Source: Octopus sinensis (lineage: Eukaryota). Taken from it: a DNA stretch of 64,000 nucleotides. Location of the stretch: the NCBI RefSeq assembly GCF_006345805.1, contig NC_043014.1, positions 39,432,001 through 39,496,000 of the forward strand, in the 5' to 3' direction. The notes under the pieces were generated by a model. It was given only the letters and a program-made list of their open reading frames with translations, was not told the origin of the DNA and did not search any database. The translations under genes were made by a program, and so were the position numbers. This document shows, piece after piece, positions 26,074 through 38,020 of this stretch. Positions within the stretch are counted from its first letter, which is position 1; each line of letters opens with the position of its first letter.

Positions 26074-26868
26074 TCTTGGAGGTTTGGACAATTCCCCTTC
26101 GGAAACATTGGTAGTTCGTTCGACATCCTTAAACAATCCTTATTCAAAGACCTTTTGAGCAGGATCGGCTACTCGACCAGAAGAAAATTCTAACTGGGCT
26201 CCACCTGCAAGGTCATGTGCTGTTTATCTTGTTATGATCACCATGGCACGCACATATGGTTGTGATGTATGTGCCTGGTGTACCCTTATCAGACGGGTAG
26301 TCATGATAGGTATGCTGGGCTTCGTATATTTTACCCCAGTGTCACTTTGATGGCATGCACTGCTCTCTCACTCAATAATAATAATAATAATAATAATCTT
26401 TTCTATTAAAGACACAAGGCCTGAAATTTGGGGGAAGGGGATTAGTCAATTGTACTGACCCCAGTGTTCAACTGGTACCTATTTTATTGACACTGAAAGA
26501 AAGAAAGGCAAAGTCAGCCTCGGTGGAATTTGAACTCAGAACAGTAAGACAGATGAAATGTCGCTAAGCATTTTGCCTAGCATGCTAAAACAATTCTTTC
26601 AGCTTCCTGCTTCATAGCGATATTGATTTCAAATTTTGACACAAGGCCAGCAATTTTAGGGGAAGGGATAAGTTGATACCATTAGACCCCAGTGCTTGAC
26701 TGGTAGTTATTTTATTGATCCTGAAAGGATGAAAAGCAAAGCCAACCTGGGTAGAATTTGAATTCAGAATGTGCAGACAGATGAAATGTTACTAAGCATT
26801 TTGCCTGGTGTGCTAAGGATTCTACCAGTTTGCCACTTTATGATAATAATAATAATAATAATGCCTGG

Positions 26869-27189
26869 GACCCCCTTCGGTCACGACACTGACCATGGGA
26901 TTGCACCTAGAAAGTTACCCTCCTAGTCACAAGTCTGGGCAAGGTGGTTTATGGAAGACCATCAGTCGTCCATGCATACCGGCCTCCCCTCCCCACGCCA
27001 CCAGTGTTATCCAAGGGAAAGGCAAAGACCAACACAGCTTGGCACCAGTGATATTGCAACTCATTTCTACAGCTGAGTGAACTGGAGCAACATGAAATAA
27101 AGTATCTTAATCAAGAACACAACACGCAGCCCAGTCCGGGATTCGAGCTCACAACCTCACGATCGTAAGCTCGACGCTCTAACTACTGA
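26869..27189 (-). mobile_element. SINE family D
   Basis: Matches 9878-10206. Confidence 0.85.
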
Positions 27190-27676
27190 AAATCTGATCT
27201 GACAGAGTTTCTACAGCTGGATGCTATTCCTAATGTCAACCACTCCGAGAGTGTAGTGGGTGTTTTTATGTGCCACCGGCACGGGGGCCAGTCATTCGGT
27301 ACTGGCAACAGCCATGCTCAAATGGTGTTTTTTACATGCCACCTGCACAGGAGCCAGTCCAGCGGCAATGGCAATGACCTTGCTCGAATATTTTTTCACG
27401 TGCCAGTAAGGCGACACTGGTAACTATCATGCTTGAATGGTGCTTTTTACATGCCAATAATAATAATAATCATCATCATCGTCGTTTAACGTCCGTTCTC
27501 CATGCTAGCATGGGTTGGACGGTTCGACCGGGGTTCTGGGAAGCCAGAAGGCTGCACCAGGCTCCAGTCTAATTTGGCAATGTTTCTACAGCTGGATGCC
27601 CTTCCTAACGCCAACCACTCCGTGAGTAATAATAATAATAATAATAATAACAATAACAACAGCAACAACTACTTAC

Positions 27677-27802
27677 CAGCCAAAGGTGGTCCAATGATGG
27701 TTGATATTCCTCTAACCAATGACAAGAGTCCGAAAGCATTTGTGAGCTTATCCAAACCCAAGAGATCACAGATGATAATGGAAGTTAATGATATAAAAGC
27801 AG
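27677..27802 (-). CDS. SLC16A: SLC16/MCT exon (TM10-11), not in the ORF track
   Basis: ttttttag|CT GCT TTT ATA...: [42 protein letters not shown], then G|gtaagt. 126 nt, phase 1/1, with the canonical MCT motif DLLGL.KLTNAFG. Confidence 0.93.
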
Positions 27803-28180
27803 CTAAAAAAGAGTAACAAAAAAAAAAAACACCCAGTAAATTGTTTGTTCATACATTTCAAAAATTACCTAATTGCCTAACCCTTAAATTACCTAACACT
27901 AACCCTTAACCCCTTTGTTACCATATTTCTGTTGATACACTGCCTTTAGTTCATTAATTTTGAAAATATTGAAGAATTTAGTAAAATAACTTCGTCATTA
28001 AGGTGTAAGAGTGGCTGTGTGGTAAATAGCTTGCTTAGGAACCACATGGTTCCAGGTTCAGTCCCACTGTGTAGCACCTTGGGCAAGTGTCTTCTACTAA
28101 AGCCTCGGGCCGACCAAAGCCTTGTGCGTGGATTTGGTAGACGAAAACTGAAAGAAGCCTGTCGTATATATGTATGTATG

Positions 28181-28271
<91 letters not shown>

Positions 28272-28595
28272 TATATGTGCATATGTATGAGTTCATGCAT
28301 GTGTATGTAAGTATATGCCTGTATGTGCATGTGCATGCAATGTAAGCAGTGTGTGCATATGTAGACATGTGAATGTGCAATGTATGTGTGTGTATGCATA
28401 CGCATGTGTGCCCATTGGACATATGTGTGTTGTTTGAGCAAATTTGGACACACGCATGTTGCTTGAGCAAATCTCATTCTCACTGGATGGCCTTCCCACT
28501 GATAACCACTCAAATATATTGTAGGAGAACTATTTTTCCTGACAATTTGTAAGATAACAAATTATTGCAACTCACTCTGAACTCAAGACAATATA

Positions 28596-29044
28596 GGGAT
28601 CATTTCGGTTTGAACGGCAGTTTTTTCTAGCAGTGTCATATGAAATTGTCACCCATAATTATGACCCTAGTATCGATCTATTGCATTTCAATCTATTTTA
28701 GAGTTAGGGTTAGTTAGGGTTAGGGTTAGTTAGGGTTAGGGTTAGGGGTGGGGGAAGGGTATCTTTTTTTCTTCACAAATGTAAATAAACCCAATCTGTT
28801 TCTTAAATGAGGGACATTTTCATATGGCAGAGAATGTTTTCAACTCAATAGGCATCATTGATTGGTTGAAATTGCAGAAATTGAAGAAAAAAACAACAAA
28901 TATCTTAGAAACTATAGAATTTTCTCAATAAAGCCAAGAGAAAAAGATGTTTTATAAACACATTCTACCAGCATATGAAGTTTAAAAGTGTTTAGTTACA
29001 TGGAAATTATTTTAAAAAACTGCCATTCAAACTGAAAAGATCCC
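28596..29044. mobile_element. MITE with internal (TTAGGG)n
   Basis: gggatcatttcggtttgaacggcagttttt ... aaaaaactgccattcaaactgaaaagatccc; flanked by aatata on both sides; ttaggg/ttag array at 28704-28746. Confidence 0.8.
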
Positions 29045-29108
29045 AATATAGTCCCAAATTCAGGTACAATACTAAAAATAAAAGCAATTTTTTTTCTTTA
29101 TTACTCAC

Positions 29109-29288
29109 CTGCAAAGAGACCGAAAACACTCGCATAAATGCATAAAGTTGCATAATTGTTACAAAATAAACTGAGACAGGTTGCGATGCCCGTAACAAGC
29201 AGAGCAATATTATTGATCAATAAACTGTCTACTTTCCGAAGATCTGCAAGAAAACCAGTAACCACCCGACCAATGGTATTTGTAATAC
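29109..29288 (-). CDS. SLC16A: SLC16/MCT exon (TM9-10)
   Basis: ttttcag|GT ATT ACA...: GITNTIGRVVTGFLADLRKVDSLLINNIALLVTGIATCLSLFCNNYATLCIYASVFGLFA, then G|gtgag. 180 nt, phase 1/1, joins the previous exon in frame (SIIG-ITNTIGR). Confidence 0.93.
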
Positions 29289-29789
29289 CTGAAAAAGAAA
29301 ACACAGCGAAAATAGAATAAAGGTAGAATGAGGTAGGAAGACAAAAAGCGAAAATCATTTAGCCTCAGAGGAATTGGCAGCTGCTATAGACTTTTAGACT
29401 GGTGATGTTGATGTGGTGGACTGGGTAATGCTCATAGTCTTTTAAACTGGTGAGCTTTTGAACTCACTCTTGGCTATTATTTTTCCAATACTGAATATCA
29501 ACTGCAACACAAACAGTACCTAAACTCCTGCATTAGGTTCACCAGTCTAAAATACTATGAATGCTACCTATTCCACCAAATCTAAATATCATTTAAAAAG
29601 AAAAAAAGGAAAAAAAAGACACTCATTTCTAGCTCCAGAACGATAAAACTATTCTCTTGCATATGGAACTATACATATTACATGCATAATCCCCTTGCAG
29701 AGGAAACTATAGCTCTTAAAATAAGAATGGTCTCCTTGCATAAGGGGTTGTAAATTTTAAGATAAGGATGATTGCCTTGCATGAGAAAC

Positions 29790-30360
29790 TATTAAGTTGT
29801 CCGGAAAGTTCGTACCGATTTATAGTAGCTTCCCTTTTGACTTATTTTAGAACATGGTTGAGTCCATAAAATAGGATTTGACTACACCTCCATTTAGAGC
29901 ACAGTTTAAGCTCTCTTTTCATAGAAGAAGGTTTATGTTCCTATAACCTGTGTTAATTCTGTAACCCTTTAAATTGAAAGATAAGAAAGTTCATTTTCGG
30001 CACTTGATGCTTTGGGAATCTGAAAAAAATTGCTGCAGCTCAGCTGGGATGTGTTACCCCACCCTCCACATTCACCAGATATTGCTCCTTCAGGATTTCC
30101 ACTAATTCAGATCTCTGCAGAATAGTCTTAATGGTAAAATTTTCAATTGCTTGGATGACGTAAAAAGATACATGGATGAGATTTTTGCCATGAAACCACC
30201 TCAATTCTGGGAAGAGGGTATTTTCAAGTTAAAGGAAAGATGGAGATGCATTGTGCAACAAAATGGTTCATATTTGGTTGATTAAAAATGTAATGGCAAG
30301 TACTTATTGACCTTTTTCTTTCCTTTAAAAATCGGAACAAACTTTCCGAACAACCCAATA
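29790..30360 (+). mobile_element. Internally deleted mariner element
   Basis: TA-flanked TIRs ttaagttgtccggaaagttcgtaccgattt / aaatcggaacaaactttccgaacaacccaa; remnant WDVLPHPPHSPDIAPS...FWEEGIFKLKERWRCIVQQNGSY. Confidence 0.88.
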
Positions 30361-30571
30361 CATATTTCAAAATAAGAAAAAAATGATTGTGCTTATAACA
30401 AATTTTTCTAAATATTCTACACACATCAAAGTTGTTCTATTTCTTCAATTCAAAAACTTTTATTAAAAATTGTATGCATAATTTCTTAGTTAACTAATAA
30501 TTTCTAGATTAATTGATTAGATAAACCTGTTACTTGAAGAATCTTATTTTATGAAGCAAAATGAGACTTAC

Positions 30572-30973
30572 CAATAATAGACAATAAAAAAGCAGCATTT
30601 GAAGGTTTAATGTTTAACTCTACAGTAGCTCGATCCCGAAGGAAGACAAAAGGAATAAAGTATCCAAGAAAAACTAGTATATTTCCAAGGCAAATTATTC
30701 CAAAAGCTGGATCAATTAATAATGAAAAATCTAACATTTCTCTTAAAGTATCTTTGGCAGTTTTTGGGATACAAATGAAATCCCAGAAAAGTGATGTCTT
30801 TTCAGCTGGAATCATTCCTGGGATAGTTGTGATGCTTGTGATGTATGAAGTCATGTCTGGCTGTGACTGAAACTGAGGTATATGTACAATGCTGCCACTG
30901 TAGAAAATATCTTTTCGGTAAAGGGGCCGAGCATAATCTTCCTTTGGTATGATCAATTCTTTGTTTGACCTCA
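30572..30973 (-). CDS. SLC16A: Monocarboxylate transporter (SLC16/MCT, MFS): internal exon covering the end of the large cytoplasmic loop and TM7-8
   Basis: Translates ...RSNKELIIPKEDYARPLYRKDIFYSGS...MLDFSLLIDPAFGIICLGNILVFLGYFIPFVFLRDRA...AAFLLSIIG. The RPLYRKDIFYSGS and DFSLL..P.F motifs are typical of invertebrate MCT12/14-like proteins. Acceptor tttttag at 30974 and donor G|gtaag at 30571; 402 nt, phase 1 to phase 1. Confidence 0.93.
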
Positions 30974-31466
30974 CTAAAAAAGATGAATTAAAAATAAAAT
31001 AAGTAATTTGATGAACTATTAACAAAGTTCCTTACAATTAAACTATCACATGAAAATTCAAACAATGTAAAAAACTTAAAACAACAAAATGTAATCTTAC
31101 TTTATTCTAATAGCACTTAACATAAAAATACTCATGCCAATTATTAGAAAATTTCTTTAATAATTTACGAATATATGTATAAATATTCTTATTCATTATC
31201 ACATACAAATTTGAACATAGTAAAATTATATTCTAAAACTATGTACGCATTAATAAGACATAAATATATTTACTCAGAGTGAGTGAGACACATTTTGCAA
31301 CACAGAAAATTCCAACAGTAATATGTAATCTGTAAAGCAAAACCTATTTTCTCATGGAAATTGAGGGAGAAAACAGGTTTGGCAGACTTACTGCTTCATG
31401 TACAAATTAGGGATTAATTCAGTCTACATTGAAGAAATTTGGTGAATGAAATCTTGAAAACTTTCG

Positions 31467-31504
<38 letters not shown>

Positions 31505-31686
31505 AATATATATATATATATATATAGTAACATATATGTATATATAATGTATACATATATGTATATAAATATAATACATATATATATACATACAATATGT
31601 ATGCATATATATATATATATACATATATGTACATATAATACATATACATTTATGCATACATATAGTACATATATAGATACATATAA

Positions 31687-32412
31687 CATATTGTGGTCAA
31701 TTGCTCAAGGTTTGGAGTAGATGAACAGCTGACAACTGATGAAGGGTTGTTCTATATATTACTAGTCTTGTTTTATATTGTTTCGCTCATTGTTCGCAAA
31801 CCAAGTTTTTCATCGTAATTCATGTTTTTGTATTTCATGTTGTTTTGTTGTTTCATGTTTATTATGTTACATCCTGTACCCACATATGCATATATATTAT
31901 TAAATAATAAATATTAGGGAGTATAACTCCAAACTACAGGGAAAAATTCAATTAGTATTAAATCAAATTTCACAATATAAATAATAATATATATAAATTA
32001 GAGAAAAACCACTATTATGAATTCAAACAATGATAGACATAAACCAAATCATAAAGAAAAAAAAATAAAAATTATAATATAAAATATATACTAGATCACA
32101 AAAAGTACAAAAATGAATAAACAATATATAATAGTAAAAGTACTTATTATATAACGTTGATTCATTATTTTGTCTTTTTAGGATCTAGATATGCCTTATA
32201 ATATATTCTATTTTTTTCTATATGATTTGGTTTATGTCAATCATTGTTTGAATTAAATAATAGTGGTTTTCTATAATTTATATATATTAGATATAAAAAT
32301 ATATATATATATATTAATCAATATAAGGGTAGCAAAAAATTCAATAGAAATTTTTTCGCCACCAGCGGTCTAGTGAGAAAGAGAAAATAGTCACAGATTA
32401 TATATATATAAT

Positions 32413-32443
<31 letters not shown>

Positions 32444-33477
32444 TATAATATATATAATATATATATATATGTATACAATATATATATATATATGTATAGA
32501 CATATATATATATATATATATATATATGTATACAATATATATATATATATATATGTTATTACATATATATATATATATATATAGTATATATAGTATATAT
32601 GATATATATAGATATATATGTATATATATATGTATATAAATATATATATATACATACATATATGTATGCATATATATATATATATACATATATGTACATA
32701 TACATACATATACATTTATGCATACATATATGTACATATATATATACATATACATATTGTTGTCAATTGCTCAAGGTTTGGAGTAGATGAACAGCTGACA
32801 ACTGATGAAGGGTTGTTCTATATATTACTAGTCTTGTTTTCTATTTGTTTCGCTCATTGTTCGCAAACCAATGTTTTTCATCGTAATTCATGTTTTTGTA
32901 TTTCATGTTGTTTTTGTGTTTCATGTTGTTTATATGTTTACATCCTGTACCCACATATGCATATATATATATACATAATAATAATATTAGGGAGTATAAC
33001 TCCAAACTTACAGGGAAAAATTCAATTTAGTATTAAATCAAATTTCACAATATAAATATATAATATATATAAATTAGAGAAAAACCACTATTATGCAATT
33101 CAAACAATGATAGACATAAACCAAATCATAAAGAAAAAATAAAATATATTATAAAATATATAACTAGATCACAAAAAGTACAAAAATGAATAAACAATAT
33201 ATAATAAGTAAAAAGTACTTATTATATAACGTTTATTCATTATTTTGTACTTTTTAGGATCTAGATATGCCTTATAATATATTCTATTTTTTTCTATATG
33301 ATTTGGTTTATGTCAATCATTGTTTGAATTAAATAATAGTGGTTTTTCTATAATTTATATATATTATATATATAAATATATATATATATATTAATCAATA
33401 TAAGGGTAGCAAAAAATTCAATAGAAATTTTTTCGCCACCAGCGGTCTAGTGAGAAAGAGAAAATAGTCACAGATTA
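31687..33477. repeat. Tandem duplication (period ~1.07 kb) containing pLTR-like pieces and a ~290-bp palindrome
   Basis: 31687-32400 matches 32753-33477 with mostly 1-bp indels; inverted arms at 33067-33195 and 33231-33360. Confidence 0.85.
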
Positions 33478-34045
33478 TATATATATAATTTCAACAATAT
33501 TAAGGAACGGCCCCGATAGGCCATTCGACCCACTAGAAAGAGCAGCCAAGACTCAAACCGCTAAATAGTAGTAATTCAGAAATCAAAGGTCCGATATGGT
33601 AATAATGGAATTTTTTAGAAATTTCTGTCGACCTTTTTTCGAGTAGCATGCGTATTGTGAAAAAATTATATGGTTAATGGACAATATGTCCAATTTTTCG
33701 GCATATTTGGCATTAGAATTTTTTTCCTTTGCCCTCATTTATGAATTGTTTATAAATTTAACCGTTAAAGGTATTTTTTAATATGCTGGCCATTGATGAA
33801 AGTTTTTCGAGAAAATATTTCTTTTCGAAAAGAATTTTATCCTCACATTTGATATAAATTTAAGCGTTCACTTCCGAACTAACTAACTCACTCTGTGAGA
33901 GCCTCAGTTCAAATCGCACGTGCCTCGAATGGGCTGGAGTATTTCTATTTTGGATGTATTTGGGGTACTTAGTTGTGCCCATGACTTAGTATTTGCTTCT
34001 TCCATGGGTATGAGTAAGTATCTCATTTATTTCTTTTGCCACATG

Positions 34046-34100
34046 TATCACTGACGAAGAGAGGGCTCTTAGTAGCTAACTCTGAAATCAGTCTCTGATA
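34046..34100 (+). ncRNA. Degenerate type I hammerhead-like motif
   Basis: tatca CTGACGA agag...ctct GAAA tcagtc tc tgata. Intact core, 4-bp stem II, tatca/tgata stem I, weak stem III. Confidence 0.45.
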
Positions 34101-34425
34101 TGGTATAATGGAATTTTTTAGAAATTTCTGTCGACCTTTTTTCGAGTAGCGTGCGTATTGTGAAAAAATTATATGGTTAATGGACAATATGTCCAATTTT
34201 TCGGCATATTTGGCATTAGAATTTTTTTCATTTGCCCTCATTATGAATTGTTATAAATTTAACCGTTAAAGGTATTTTTTAATATGCTGGCCTTTGATGA
34301 AATTTTTTCGAGAAAATATTTTTTTTCGAAAAGAATTTTATCCTCACATTTGATATATATATGTATATATATATATACACACATTTATTTATATATATAT
34401 ATGTATATATATATATACACACATG

Positions 34426-34463
<38 letters not shown>

Positions 34464-35349
34464 ATATATATATATACACACATTTATTTATATATATTAT
34501 ATATGTATATTATATAATACACACATTTATTTATATATATATATACACATTTATTTATATATATATACACACATTTATTTATATATATTATATAATATAT
34601 ATATGTATATATATACACACATATTTATATATATATATATAATATATACACACATTTATTTATATATATAGATATATATATATATATATATCTATATATT
34701 ATATATGTGTGTGTATATATATATATATATACACCACATTTATATATATATGTATATATATATATACACACATTATATATATATATATATATATAAATAC
34801 ACATTTATATATATAACATCATCCTTGTATACGACTGGCATATTATGTTGGCAAATAAACTTTAGTATTTGGTACTGTTACTGCATATCTTTCATTCAAA
34901 GATTTAAAACAAGTTGTTTTTCTCTTTACAAGATCAGCAACTGTGTGCCACTTAAAAAATATATAGCATTTGCAAGTGAAGTCCCCATCACTAGCTGGTG
35001 ATTGTCTTTCACTGAGGACAGGTAACTCAGAAACCTAGGTCTGTGAGTATCACATAAGGTTAGTGATGGGAGCGATGACCTCCCTTGCATACACTATATG
35101 GGCACAAACTCTGTGTCGGTAGCGAACTGGAAAAGTTGTTTTCCCAGGCCTAAAAGACAGTAACATCATAGAGGACTGCCACATTATGCTGGCAAATAAA
35201 CTTTACTATGTGTGTGTGTGTATATATATGTGTGAATATGTACACATATATATACATGTATATATATATACATGTGTATATATATATATATATACACACA
35301 CATACATATGTACATATATACACACACATATATACATACATATGAACGA

Positions 35350-35545
35350 CCTCGTGTGTACCGTTGGCGATGATTTTTGTTCCTCTGTCTTCCCTTCTCT
35401 GGATTTTTCCATCTCCTATGTTTCCGATGAAGAGCTCTGCTCGAAACGTTAAACCCTCCTTTCCTGAGCGTCCAATAATACTATATTTGTTCCACATACT
35501 CACGTTGTTGTGTTTTTTGTGCTTTCTTGTTTGGATTAACTTTAT
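35350..35545 (+). mobile_element. Penelope-like pLTR relic with a hammerhead-like motif (35420-35454)
   Basis: gttt CCGATGA a gagc tct gctc GAAA cgtt aaac; same family as 7943-8090; embedded in (TA)n. Confidence 0.65.
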
Positions 35546-35588
35546 ATACATATATACATATATACACACATATACATACAAACATATA

Positions 35589-35619
<31 letters not shown>

Positions 35620-35738
35620 CATATAACATATATATATATATATACATACATATATATAAATATGTACATATATATACATATGTATGTATGTATATCTACA
35701 TATGTATATACACAACACACATATACATATGTCCATAT

Positions 35739-35769
<31 letters not shown>

Positions 35770-36695
35770 TCCAGATTTTATACAAAAGTCCACAATGAAA
35801 ATTCACTTTAATCCCAATTTGAACATGATGCAATAAGGCAGCTTTACTATTGCAAACGTATCACTCTATTAGCTTAAACTATCAATACTTTAAACTACGG
35901 AGAGTCTCATAAATATTCAATGTTTGTAATATTACTAACAATGAGCATTTAAATACAGTACAATTATACACGATATAGACTTATATAATATTTATATGTT
36001 GCATCTATAATTATATCAATGATAATTATTAGTTCTTGAATTGTTTCAGACTTATTCACTTAAAATTTCAACATCAACACTTATCTAAGACATGTTTAAT
36101 TCTAATTAAGAATATATTCAAATTATCTATACATTTTTTAAAGAAATTCAATTCTATAATTCTACAATGAAAATGTTAAAAAAAAAAAAAGTCAAGACAG
36201 TTTTTAGAAGCATATTTATTTCCAATATTTAAAAGAACGACACATGATATAGGTCAAAACAATTGGTAAAACTTTAAGTAAAATATATTTTAATCTAAGC
36301 TACCAAAGAATTAAGTTATTGCCTATACTGTTCACTAGATACTATTAATAAAGACTAAGAACAACTAAGAAAATATTCTAAAAACCTTAACACACACACA
36401 TTCTTTCTATATCTCGCTCTCTCCGTCACACACTCATATGTATACACTATTCCCCATCATGTTACTGCACAGTGTCTGTACATGCTATTATATTAGGAAT
36501 CAAAAACTTTTATGAAGCTGAAGCATTAAAGAATAATCATGCACCCCATTATATGGTCATGCTGTCCCAGCACATACTAACATATAATGAGATTTCTAAG
36601 TGTTTTTGCAGAAAAGGAAGTATTGTTTAGGCTTATTTCATGTACAGAGTGTTCCCAGCTGAAACCCACCTCTAGCTTTAGAAATATTCTCACAT

Positions 36696-37275
36696 TACAG
36701 CTAGGACAGGGGAATCCATAATAGTACAGCTAGGACAGGGGAATCCATAATAGTACAGCTAGGACAGGGGAATCCATAATAGTACAGCTAGGACAGGGGA
36801 ATCCATAATAGTACAGCTAGGACAGGGGAATCCATAATAGTACAGCTAGGACAGGGGAATCCATAATAGTACAGCTAGGACAGGGGAATCCATAATAGTA
36901 CAGCTAGGACAGTGGAATCCATAATAGTACAGCTAGGACAGGGGAATCCATAATAGTACAGCTAGGACAGGGGAATCCATAATAGTACAGCGAGGACAGG
37001 GGAATCCATAATAGTACAGCTAGGACAGGGGAATCCATAATAGTACAGCTAGGTCAGGGGAATCCAGAATAGTACAGCTAGGACAGGGGAATCCAGAATA
37101 GTACAGCTAGGACAGGGGAATCCATAATAGTACAGCTAGGACAGGGGAATCCATAATAGTACAGCGAGGACAGGGGAATCCATAATAGTACAGCTAGGAC
37201 AGGGAAATCCATAATAGTACAGCTAGGACAGGGGAATCCATAATAGTACAGCTAGGACAGGGGAATCCATAATAG
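36696..37275. repeat. 29-bp minisatellite, 20 copies
   Basis: Unit tacagctaggacaggggaatccataatag; few substitutions and no spacers. Confidence 0.97.
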
Positions 37276-37700
37276 ATAATAATTTTAAGGAGGTAACAAT
37301 TTTGGATCTGGGTGTTTAAGTTCCTATATGCTCAGGACCCTGAAACGATGGAGGGGGAGGGGACTCAAACATAAGGGCTGCTCTGATGAGAACACATTTT
37401 AGCTACACTACAGCACATTGCTATATGAGCACCATAAGCATTTTAACAAAGATATATACTAATTTTTTTCTTTTACTCAGTTCAGTTATTTAACTGCAGC
37501 CATGCCGGAGCACTGCCTTGAAGAGTTTTAGTCGAAGATATCGATCCCAGGACTTATTTTTTGAAGCCTAGTACTTATTCTATCAGTCTTTTTTGCTGAA
37601 CCACTAAATTACAGAGATGTAGATACACCAACACCAGTTGTTAAATGGGGGTGGGCAACAAACACAGACACACATAGATATACACATACACATGTATGTG

Positions 37701-37735
<35 letters not shown>

Positions 37736-37962
37736 ATACTCTTTTTACTCTTTTATTTGTTTCAGTCATTTGACTGCAGCCATGCTGGAGCACCGCCTTT
37801 TAGTCAAGCAAATTGACCCCAAGACTTATTTTTTGTAAGCCTAGTACTTATTCTATCGGTCTCTTTTGCCGAACCGCTAAGTAACGGGGACGTAAACATA
37901 CCAGCATCAGTTGTCAAGTGATGTGGGGGGACAAACACAGACACACAAACATATATATATAT

Positions 37963-38020
<58 letters not shown>

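Noticed and set aside
28704-28746. Telomere or chromosome-fusion scar
   Set aside because: The short TTAGGG run lies inside a TIR element with homologues elsewhere in the window.
31330-31460. gtaagt donor at 31391 as the end of the next upstream MCT exon
   Set aside because: The frame needed to join the phase-1 acceptor at 30973 has an in-frame TGA two codons upstream.
31736-32808. CTGATGA cores at 31736 and 32802 as further hammerheads
   Set aside because: No stem II/GAAA/NUH arrangement follows; at most these are decayed halves.
36696-37275. CRISPR-like array of 29-bp repeats
   Set aside because: Units are contiguous with no unique spacers, there are no cas genes, and the context is eukaryotic.
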